A stretch of DNA of 64,000 nucleotides, from contig OZ004614.1 in assembly GCA_963924565.1 (NCBI GenBank), forward strand, positions 23,808,001 through 23,872,000. The letters run 5' to 3'. How positions within the stretch are numbered: position 1 is the stretch's first letter; each line of letters begins with the position of its first letter. This document shows positions 38,901-50,000 of this stretch, in pieces. A program made the translations under genes and the position numbers. Below the pieces are notes generated by a model. The model made no database searches and was not told where the DNA came from. It saw only the letters and a list, made by a program, of their open reading frames with translations. This DNA comes from Ascidiella aspersa. Taxonomy: Eukaryota.

Positions 38901-41900
38901 GAATATATACCTGTTTAGTTACGGTAGTTATGAAATAATTTCAACACCAAAAAATTAAAAAAACAAAAATTGAAGTGATATTGCCAGGTCAGTTCGCAGG
39001 CCAAAAAAGCTGAACTCAGTTGGACCACGCTGAACAAGACAGTTAACATTGGAATTCAAACACAAAAGGCATTGTGGCGCAACTGTTAAATCGTTTTATC
39101 AGCTGGCACGAAATTTAAAGACACAAACAACAATGAACTGCAAGTAAAGCTTTGTTGTGCTAATGGATCACTGAATATAGCACAAAGCATACAACTAATG
39201 CTTACAGTGAGTTAGGTATAATACAATGTAAATGTCAACGGTAAGTCAACAAGGTTTTTATAATACCTTTGCAGCACTGTCTCGTCTGGCATAAACGCAT
39301 TGGCCGCAGTCGTGTTGGACGACTTCATCAAACCGCACAAGAATTTATCGCAAAAGATGTCAGTCCTGGTTTCAAAGGTATTTTCCTCCTTTCCTCTATG
39401 CTTTTTTGTCAACTATATGCTTTAAATAAAGCTCGTTTTTTAAGATTACTGTCATTGACCAACACGACTCTATGCGATGACAGCATATTGAATTCAGCTC
39501 TTTTTAATTAAGATTCTTGTCACGTTCTTTTTTAAAGCAATGATTCTCAACCAATGGGTAGAGACTCAAAATTGTGTCGCCGTTTGATTTTACTGGTTTG
39601 GCGACCTCAGTGATTTTATATGCTTAGATTTACTGAGATTAGTTCTCAGCTAGACAAGATTCATAATTAGGGCGATTATTTTTCAACCTTAAATGAAAAA
39701 TTTTAACAAATTTTGACCTAAAAATTTTTATTTTGATAAAATTTTGATCTATTAGAAATGCATTGATTTAAACAACGCTTTGTTGTTGAAGGACTGAAAT
39801 AAAGTCTTGTCGTCGTCAACGGCAAATACTGTTCAATACTTTTGTCCAAATCAAAGATGAACAACTTTATCAAGCAAAAACGTATTGCTTTAACGAATAA
39901 ATAATACAGTTAAAATGTTGTTGGGTATAACTCGAAACTTATTTTTTTGGTAACATTTTAACTTAACGACAGTTTCAAACAGCTGAACACCATTTAACAA
40001 CTTGCTGCCTTACTATACTTTTGGCAGTTTGGGGCTTGATTCTCACCTCAAAACAGTTTAAAGGGCATGTTTGTCTTGTACAGTATATGTAGTCCACTGA
40101 AACACAGTTATGATTGTAGATTCTGGTGCTGTTTTTCGGCGTCTGCGGTTTGGCTATGGCAGCCTTGGGTTCGAATCTCGGCGGAGTCCTAAACGCAACG
40201 TTAAGCCTCAGCGGTACTTCATCCGGACCAATTTTGGCCCTCTTCACAATGGGATGGGCCTTTCCCTGGTGCAATTCTTGGGTAAGGGTCGCCGATGCGC
40301 ATAACTTATATTTAAATAATTTGGAAAAGTGACAAGACGTGAAAAAAGAAAAAACAAAAGTTTGAAACAAGATAATTCATGAGTTTTATTCGTTTAAAGA
40401 CAACATTCCCCATCCGCATTACATTTTGTTCATTACTGGCAAAATAAATTCCTTGCTTATAATAAAACAACAGGTTGATTGTATTCAAGTAGACTGGCTT
40501 ACAAACTCGGGACAGGGACTCAAGTAAGCTTACTGTGGGCTACGAGTCCTTATGCTTTTGTTTACACAGTAACAAGTTTTAAACCGCTAAGTCACGCACC
40601 GTAAAAGAGGAATAGCAACGGAACCTATATTTCCTACCCAAGTATTGTGACTGGGTCAGTTGTTTATACGTCCTAGTTTGGCACCAGATTTTACCACTGT
40701 TTGGGGTTATGGGTAGTGGGTGGGGCTATAAAATGGGTTAGGGTTATAATTATTAGGGAGGTTAGTGATGTACCTAGGGTTGGGTTTGGGGGTTAGTTGA
40801 AGTGTTTTTTAGGCCTGATTTTACTATTTAGGTCTTATTTCAAATTGTTTAGAGCTTATTCCAATATAGACGCTACTACGACTTTTAGGTATTAGCCCTT
40901 ATTCCAAACTTGTTTTAATTCGACGTTGATGTGGTTCTTATCTCGCTCTTTTGACTGCAATCCGATTCGGAATCACGTTGTTCTTAACTGACTTCGCAGC
41001 CCTGGTTTAAATTTAAAAGTCGAATGTTTTTCAGGGAGCATTAGCCGGGACTTTAAGCGGTTTTTCGGTGGGAATGTGGATTTACATCGGCAGCACCATT
41101 TACCCTCCCCCTGCACACTTCCTTAGGATTCTTCCGCTAAGCACAGAGCAATGCGTCGTTCCTAATTTAACGACGACTGTGACGTCTTCTACGCTGACAA
41201 CAGGTTGACGTTCGAATTGTTTGTTTAGTTACAGTGTGATTCGCATCTAGCTGACCTAGTTTTAAACTTACAGGACTACATTTGTAAATCATTTGTTATT
41301 TAAAAAACTGTTAACACCCTAGGATGTTCGTTGTTTTGGTTTACTCCAACACATTTATTAATATACGATAGTTCATTACTTACTAAAAATTATCGTCGGC
41401 TTTCTATATGAAAAATACCATGTATTGTTGCTTTGCATTACGTAAATATCGAAATGCAAAAACAGTCAAATCTTGTTGTTTTGCAGACATTTTACAAAGC
41501 ACAACATCTTCAACCCCTTACAGACCTCCAATTAGTGAATTGTATTCTGTTTCTTATGTCATGTATAGCATCATTGGCTTCTGTATTACTCTTGTTGTTG
41601 GACACATTGTATCGTTTTTAACGGGTAATTATTTCTTATTACAATTATACATTCTACGGTATCCTCTCATTTAGCCTTTCCGCAAAAAACTCAATTTTTT
41701 TGCAATTATTGACATTGTTAGGTTAATGTTTAACATATTGGTGTATAAACTATTGCTGCCAGGCTTAATATATAACCGATTGTTGCTCATCCAACAGTAT
41801 TATATAATCAATCGACGTTTCGACGTCTTCATCAGGATAATGACAAATTTTGTTATTTGTCGCTTTATAAGGGATCTGTTTTACATGATACGTCAGTATC

Positions 41901-42405
41901 CTGATGAAGACGTTCTATATAGGACGTCGAAACGTCGATTGATTATATAATACTGCTGGATGAGCAACACTCGATAATATATTGGTGTGTAGTGTGCATG
42001 CAAATAAAAGTTAACTGAGCAGTTAATCCTAAATTCAATCGCTTTAGAGTTCATTCTACTTGATATTTATAACTCTTTAACAATAAACGGTTTTGCCTTC
42101 ACAATATTTTTTACTGTTATTTCACGACAGGTTTCCAGCAACCGAGCAAACTTCCACGTGGTGTCACCATTCCCTTCTTCGACCACGTGGTTTTCAAATG
42201 GATTCCCGCCAAAACTCGGCGCTTCCTTTGGTGCGGAGTTCCTTACGACAAATATGAGAGCGAGGCTCAATTTGCAGATGAAGGAAAGAAGGGTGAGATT
42301 GACCTAGGAAAGTCCACTAAGGTGGAAAACAACTTGGGGTACGAAGCTGATTACGATGATGATGCTTCGTCCTATGGTGGACCGTCGTTCACAACAGCTT
42401 TATAA
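35957..42405 (+). CDS. SLC5A5/8/12-like Na+/solute symporter, paralog B, 631 aa; exons 35957-36164, 36701-36840, 36957-37074, 37441-37663, 37783-37923, 38251-38469, 39275-39377, 40120-40281, 41035-41203, 41487-41624, 42131-42405
   Basis: Same motifs and exon lengths as paralog A; GT-AG introns; intact frame. Confidence 0.93.
38762..39032. mobile_element. hAT-type MITE
   Basis: TIR CAGGGTGGTCCAAC / GTTGGACCACGCTG; TSD AACTAGAC / AACAAGAC. Confidence 0.85.
41892..41944 (+). ncRNA. Minimal type-I hammerhead ribozyme inside palindromic insertion 41745-41988
   Basis: GTCAGTATC-CTGATGA-A-GACGT(tctatatagg)ACGTC-GAAA-CGTC^GATTGAT: intact core, palindromic ACGU stem III, GUC cleavage triplet ending at 41936. 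Confidence 0.8.
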
Positions 42406-43870
42406 ATTCTAAACCTATATTCCAACTTTATTTTTGGGCTTAATTATCTACATAAGTTCCAACTGATCTTGAAACGTGTGCAAAATTACAATTCGAACAA
42501 ACTGGATAATGCTTTTCAAGTTTCCAACCGTTCCAAATCATATGTCCATAATAATTTAAAAAATATATCTGCTGAACCTTTCAAAATAACATTCCTAACA
42601 TAAAACCTTCGAAAACCCGTAAAAGACTCGTGGTTTCTATCAAAAACACATCTTTAGTCACGGCAAAAATTAGTGCACGCGCTATCTTGCTAAAAACGCG
42701 TTTTTTTGTTGTGTCTGTCTTCTGTGCGTAAGATTTGCGTCAAGTCTGGTCGGTGGAAACTCGACAGCAAACGCAGCGTTCCATCTCATTAGTCTTGATC
42801 AGTGTGCTATAAAGCTTTTAACTGGTGGGCATTCAGTCTTATTATGTTCGTAAATAATGATCCAAAGTTTTTATTTATAAAATTGGTAATGTACATTTTA
42901 TGTTTTAATTTACCAATTGTTACTAAATATTTTAAATCCACATGATGTGTACCGTAATTGCAGTTCTGTTTTGTTTAAAAAAAGTTGTTTGAGATTTTTA
43001 AAATCGTTTTACTTTTTTCTATCGCTTTCGTGTGCTTATAATTTAGATATTATTTTTTTGACAGTTATTTCAAAGTAAACATTGTGACGAATGTTGGTGA
43101 TCATTGCAGATGTCCGACGCGAGATGTACTAAATTATTTAGCACAACAAGTTGTCGAAATACTAAGCTCAACAGAATACGCCTTTTAGTCAAGTCATTGT
43201 TATGATTTATGTCCATATCGTCGCCTGTAGTTTTTATGTTATTTTGTGACTGTGTACATTCTTCAGGTTAGAATAAACATTTACAAGGTTGTGTGTGTAA
43301 GGATTTACGCGACCCTGAAGAAAAACTCAAATTTGCATCGCGGCCCACTATTTGCAGACTCAACCAGTGTCAAATTATATAGGCTGCAGTTTGATAAAAG
43401 TAAACATTTTCACGTCCTAAAGTATGCTAACTTGGGAGAAGCAAAAATAAGCAAAAAAAAGTATATTAAACGTTAGTTTGCTGGAGTTTTTCACCTACTA
43501 ACGTCTATTTACAACATCACTTAATTATTATTGCAACACTTCTGTACATCTGCTTTGGGACTACTTGCTTTATTTTTGATTAACATCATGAAGTTTTTCG
43601 TTGCTCACCATGTTTGTTTGCTCAAAATTAAATCAATAAAATAAAAAAATATTAATAATAAAAGTCAGACGGTTTATTAGCGAAAAGTACTATGTCATTA
43701 CAGAAACAAGAAAATATATCCTCAACGAAATTGTACATTTTGTTCATAGACATCAAATATCCGCACAAAAATTCCCCCGGGTAATCACCTTGTAAGTTCT
43801 CGCGCGAAGAATTTTGTTGATTTTCTAAAAAGTCTTTCAACAACGAAAACTTACACGTACAACTGACATC

Positions 43871-46800
43871 ATGAATAGTATCGTTCATAAGTCTGAAAAC
43901 TTTATTGAAATCATTCAGTTAAGTGTTTCTTCAAAGGTAAAGCAATTGGATCCCGAAAAAATTGAAAGGGCTTTTGAATGGGCCCAATACTTTGAAAAGG
44001 TGTGTTAATAATAATGGCGCTCTTTCACTATTGTACGTAAAAATTAATAAAAAAAAAAAAAAAAAACTTTTTTCAAATGCCGCATACCACAACACATATT
44101 GTTTGGGTTAGGGTACGGGTTAGCGTTTGGTTGAGGGTGGGTCAAGTTATTATTAACAATAAACATAATATTACTTGACCCACCCTCACCCAAACGCTAA
44201 CCCTAACCTAAACAATATGCGTTGTGGTATGCGGTATTATTTTGTTTTGTTTTTTGCATAACTTTTCATGTACATAAGTGAAAGAGCGCCATAATAATTT
44301 ATTTTTACTCCTAGAATGTGTTTCAACAACAGAATTTTGCCCTTCAACAGATCACATAATACCGACGATAAAGTTCTATAATTTAAAAAAGGTTTATTCG
44401 AATTGAGATAAACTTATGATGCCATTCATTTATATGACAAAATGCATACTTATATTAAAATTTATACACCTTGCTGACTGATTTGTGTTTAAAGCAGTGC
44501 GCTTCTTAAGCTATGATTTATTTTTACTTGTCCAAGTTTATACTTTTTCGACGCCAGTAGAAATCTTACCTCATTTTCGTCCGTGTTTTTTATTGCTTGC
44601 TATTATATTTATTCTCCCATATTAAGTTCTTCCTTAAAATTTCACTTTTGACAACTTGTTTTGTGACTCTAACAAATGTGGCAGGATTCTAGACGAAAAA
44701 AACAGCTTTATTTTAACATTTATAGTTTTAAACTTAAGCGTGAAATAGTCTAATTGAGATGTTTCATGTTTTTGTTGTTTCATGGAGGTCTACATCTTAT
44801 CTACCAATTTAAGGAATTTGGGCTGTATGCCAGATAGGAATAATTTTGCAGCTTAAAATTGCGTGGCTGTAATAACATTTCTGCCTATATGGGCTGTTGG
44901 CAGCAACCCTAAGGGTTGGTTGTAATATTAAATTTAGTTTCCCAGAATTTAGCCCTCTGATTTAGCCCTTGGGGGCCACAGAAGTACCTAATTAGTTTAG
45001 TAAATACCCTCTTTTATATACTTAAAGGCCTTGTTCATTCTGGTTTAACATAAAATGTTGGTACAACCACAGGTCCATGAGAAATTTAAAAGCAACCCTG
45101 CCATGCTCCAACAGTTGGATGAAAAGTTGAAATCTCTTGTTTTGGACAAGAAACTTAATTTGGGTAGTTTGTCTTTCGGTTTTGATTCTTTGGAAAAAGC
45201 TTCCTCACTTTTATACCAGGTAATAAACCAATTTTAGCAATAAATAAGGTAATGCTTAACTTAATGGCATTAATTTATTGTTTTAAAATGGCTTGAATGG
45301 ACCTAAATATTTTGGGTAGAATGACTTACTTCATTTTATTATTGGTAAAAATTATTTTACTTGACCTTTGAGAAATTTAGCAATTGATTTCAATTAAGAT
45401 TAAGTGTTTTAATATAATCTTATTTTGGCAGAATCTGAGTAATTACTTCTTTTGTTTTAGTAAACCTATTTAGCTTGCAACCTGTCTTTGTTTTGGTCAA
45501 GTAAAATAATGCTAGAGGTGGAATCATGAATTAATTTTTTGCGTTGAAAAAAACAAATTGTTAATTACTTGCCTTATTATGGCAAAAAAATCTTAACCAA
45601 CTCTTAAAAGCTTTTTCTCTTTTTTTTATTTTTTCTAAAAAAGTTCGCTATTTCTTGGTAGGAATTGAAGTTATTGCTTTGCTCGTAAAAGTCCACAACA
45701 GAAACGTCTTGAAATTAGACTTGCATTGGATAGGTAAGGTATTCACTTGGGCTTGACTTAAACTTGGGGTATTTTTTTACAAATTACTGAACATGGACTT
45801 TTCAACACTGAATTTAATATAAATATGAGAAACAATTGGTAAATACCAGAAGCGCTCAATCCCCAATTTCTGGTGGTTTGTGAAAAAACATTAATGAACC
45901 TTAAAACAGGGATTACTAATTTTATACATGGATTTATCAATAATAGTAGCTTGAATTTGCCTTGCCAACGCAACCTGAACTCCTATTATTATCCTAATTG
46001 TTTATTATTTGTACATAAAAATGGGTACTTTTAATAGATGTACATTTACTTTCATAGAATTTTCTGTCAAACACTTACTTTCCACCAAATCATCTGCCTT
46101 TATTGTATAAAAAGGCTTTCCGAGACATGTCAGGAGATCCTGTTGATAATATGACTTTTATACAGGTTTGTTTGTGTATTGTCTTTCATGATATGTTTAT
46201 TATAATGTCAATATCATTAGTATACCGAAAGCAGACTCTTCACCGAATCTGTAGATCAATGATGCAAGCAGGACAGACTAGAAAAACAACTGGCCTGCAG
46301 TGAGGTTCGAACTCACGACCTCCGGTCAAGCCGGGACCGTCGCTCTACCAACTGAGCTATGCAGGCTCAGAAGGGAGCGAGTCGACACACATATGTGTGT
46401 TCATGTTTCAATGTCAATATCACTGTTTTAAAGCGACAATAAGTGTAACCGTTTTTGTTTTTAGGATATGGTCAGTTTGGTAGAGGAGCGTGCAGCATTA
46501 ACCATTCTCTCTAATGTGCAAGGTAAGACCATAACAATTTTATAGTTTTATATTTTGACCAATTAAATGCCAGAACATGTGTATAAAACTGTAAGAAAAT
46601 TTCGTAATTTAATTTTTGTTTTGTTCATTTCATTTTAAATCAACATAATTAGTTTTTGAATGATTTAATTTAAAATATGTGCATTAGGAACTGTGCTTTA
46701 ATTGCTTGCTGGTTTATTTAGAAACCTGTGAACGATCTCCTTTGAGCAATTTCAATAGAAGGCTGAGTCCAGCTACAAAAACAGCGGCAAGTTTATTTCG

Positions 46801-47015
46801 GTTAAACATCGAAACAGCTACTGCAACTGAACGCAGCGAAACAAAGTAAGATTTTTCTCCAAAGCAACTTAATCAAACTTTTACAAACAGAAAAGTGCCT
46901 AAAATAAGAAAAGCACAATGTTTGGAATTTTATTCTAAAGTTAGGAATTTATTATAAGTACTTCGACTTCACCAGGACTTTTTATATGCATCACTTAATA
47001 ATGTTGTTAAACTAA
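43871..47015 (+). CDS. FANCF: FANCF-like protein; exons 43871-43999, 45073-45219, 46058-46165, 46465-46522, 46722-46845; 3' end uncertain (46976-47015 or further)
   Basis: MNSIVHKSENFIEIIQLSVSSKVKQLDPEKIERAFEWAQYFEKVHEKF matches the FANCF N-terminus as recalled (MESLLQHLDRFSELLAVS...WDPATVRRALQWARYLRHIHRRF). Phase-consistent GT-AG introns. Confidence 0.75.
44014..44292. mobile_element. Palindromic element with telomere-like GGGTTAGGG / CCCTAACC motifs
   Basis: Ends ATGGCGCTCTTTCACT / AGTGAAAGAGCGCCAT, with arms pairing along most of the length. Confidence 0.8.
46217..46409 (-). mobile_element. tRNA-headed SINE with inverted body and forward tail
   Basis: A box TAGCTCAGTTGGTAGAGC and B box GAGTTCGAACC; 13-bp TSD AATGTCAATATCA; fragment at 57379-57450. 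Confidence 0.85.
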
Positions 47016-47043
47016 ATTGAAGACACTTGTATTCTGACATCTG

Positions 47044-50000
47044 TTATGTTGATGAAAATGATGCTGGTCTGATTTTCATGCTTGATTTTCTCAATGAATA
47101 CCAGACGCCTTTCCAAGGTCCCCAAATCATACCATTGTCAAATCCATATTCAGTGTCTTCACTTCTGTTAAAAGATTGTATGGTTTATAACACTACTGTA
47201 TTTAGGGACAACTATATATGTAATTATATGGCAGGAGTTTGAAAGCATCATACATTTTTAGATTTAGAATCAATAGAAAAGCCCATACAGAGATAGGTAG
47301 CGTTTTTTATTTTACTTGTTCATTTTCAATAATAATATATTTTGTTATTTATGAAAATAAATTAAAAGTTATATAAAACACTCAAAAAAATGCTGCCCAC
47401 TCGTATATAGACTTTATTTATTCTGTGTCTAACAGCACCTTATGCTATTATGTTCTAAATGCCCTTTGTTTTGTGATTTCGGGAGACAGAATTACAGTTC
47501 GATTAAAATAGTAACAATAACAAGAAATGGAATGACCACTTCCAGACAGAAAAAGAATATTTTGAAGCTTTGTTGTATATATCAGTACTGTTGTTTAGAG
47601 TTATGGTATTTGTAATGCAGAAATGGATATTGGTATTTTTTAAATAAAAATATATAAGAATGTTTAACAATTAAAACTAAAAGTCCATTATTTCTTTACA
47701 TGTACCTGTAATAACCATCCTGGTAGATCTTTCCGTTGAGATTAACAGCAGAACAGCTGTTGTACCACCAACCACCACTTCCTTGCAGGGCACAGTTGCC
47801 TTTATTTAGTTAAGACCAAAAAGTATGAGTTAAATTGAGCATATCTAATGGTTTGTATAGATATATATTAAAAATGACACAGTGTATTCCTGGCTATCTT
47901 TAATACCGTTTTTTTTTTTTTTGACTCAAAATATGTTTTATTAAAGTTAAACCATGTGCTGAATTAAATTGTTTAGCTGACACAGCCTGCTGGTTGTAAG
48001 TTGCTCAGGTCTCGTCTGGTATATGTTGTAGTTTTTTGTGTTTGGAATTGTAATGTATTTAAAGTGTGTCGTACATAAATACCAATATGCACAAATGTGC
48101 AAGGCTACGTATTTTGTAATTATTTGGTTATGGCTATAGTGTTTTTATGGGGAAATTGTGCGTTTTTGTAAAAGGTATACAGTTTACACTTTGAGAGCTG
48201 AAGCTATAAAATTTTTATGTGCTCTACCTCGAAAGTATTTTGAATTGCTCAAATGAAAACTACTGAACAATTTAGTGTGACAGATGTAACTTAATTTAAC
48301 ACGTGCAAAGGCAACCTAGAAAAATACTAGTATGGAGCTAAAGCCGGAGCCATTGCATATATGTATTTGGAGGATGGGAGCTGAAGCCAATGGTTAAGTG
48401 TTTAATGGCTTCGCACCTAGAGCTGTAGTTAGAGCTAATGCTGTTTTACTGGAGCTAGAGCCTTGGTTATGTTTTTGGTGCCTCAGGAGCTGAAGCCGAT
48501 GCCATTATATGTGAGATTAATCTGTGGCTCCAACGCTGTTTTTACAGTGACTCCCCAGCCATGGTCAACACCCACCTTCAATATACATGTCGTTGTCATG
48601 ATCTGCAGTTGAGAAGGGCATGCCGTTGTGCTTTGTGATAAGCACGTCGTCCTCTTTGCCGAAGTTGTGCCCAGCAAAACCGTCCCCTATCGATCCCTTG
48701 GGGTCCGCTTGGTAGCCGCTTATGGTCAGTGTGTAGTCCGTGCTTTCCGAGCCGACGCCGAAATGGGTGTAAAGCGCGTATCTGCGAAAGTGTACGCGTG
48801 TAAAGGAACATTGATGCACTAAACATTGTTCTAGGTGGAAGTTAGGAGTTGTACACACGTTCATATTAAAACGTTAATGGACCGAAGAGGTCCTATGCAA
48901 ATCAGTATGCTGATTAGCGAAATTGTACGACTGTAAATAGAGCCTTACGCTCGTACGGACTAGATAATACCATAAACGTAGTTTGACGTGGAAGTTAGGA
49001 ATTGCACACACCTTTGTATTGAAGCGGTAACGGGTGAAAGCGGGCCCGTAGAAATAAATATGCTGTTTAGCATCTGCGAAAGTAGGTACGCATGTAAAAG
49101 GCTGCGTTACGCAGTTATCGGTGAAATAATTTGCTTGTCGAAGTTTCATGTGGTAGTTTAGAAGTTGTTACTCGCACGTACATACCGCAACTTGAACGGC
49201 TGAAACGGACCTATACAAATTAATATGCTGTTCAGCATCTTCAAAAGTGTACGGACGTTAAGACGACATGACACGCTGGAGTCAGATAATGTAGATGCTG
49301 GTAGTTTAACACACGATCGTATCGGGGTTGTTATGGACGAAAGCGTCTTCATACACACGTTCGTATTGGAACGTTAACGGACGAAAGCGGGCGCATAGAA
49401 ATCAGTAAGCTGTTTAGCATCTTTCAAAGCTGACAGACCTATAGTTTACGCACATAGCGGCGAAACAATTTTCTGAACGAAGTTTCATGTGGAAGTTTAG
49501 AAGTTGTTGTATCACTATCGGCCTTACAAAAATTTAACCTAAAAAAATTGAGGGCCGAATTTTTCCAGGGCCTTTGGCTAAAGCCTTAGTAGCTTAATGG
49601 TTAATCCGGCCCTGGTACCTCGACTGTAACGGACGTAGGTGGACCTATGTCTTGAAAAACGAAACGAAAAAATTTGCAAATCGCTTCTACCAACCTTTCG
49701 ACTCCCTTCCAGTCCTCCAAGTCCACTCTGAGGTGTTGGTGCTTATGTGTGGTCATCAGGTGCAAGTTCTCATTTCCCACCCAGTAGTTGTTCTCCCCTC
49801 TACGCGCGCAATCAACCTCGCCAAAGCCAAACTTGTACGATTGCCAGTCGCGGTTGAAATCGATGTCATTGCTCACGTGCGTGTGCACGTAAGTCCACCC
49901 GCCGCCGTCGGTCTGCATTAAAACGAGAAGCGGCATCGATTTGGTGACGTTAAAAATTAGATTTCCTCTTTTTTTCTAGGTGAAGCGCGACTGCTGATCT

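Noticed and set aside
46292-46367. Functional tRNA gene
   Set aside because: Non-canonical anticodon loop, extra base before the stem, and continuity with a dispersed repeat bounded by TSDs
47027-47242. 71-aa plus-strand ORF as a FANCF exon
   Set aside because: Antisense shadow of the last fibrinogen-like exon, with in-frame stops upstream
48780-49510. CRISPR-like array
   Set aside because: Eukaryotic intron; whole units are homologous and there are no unique spacers
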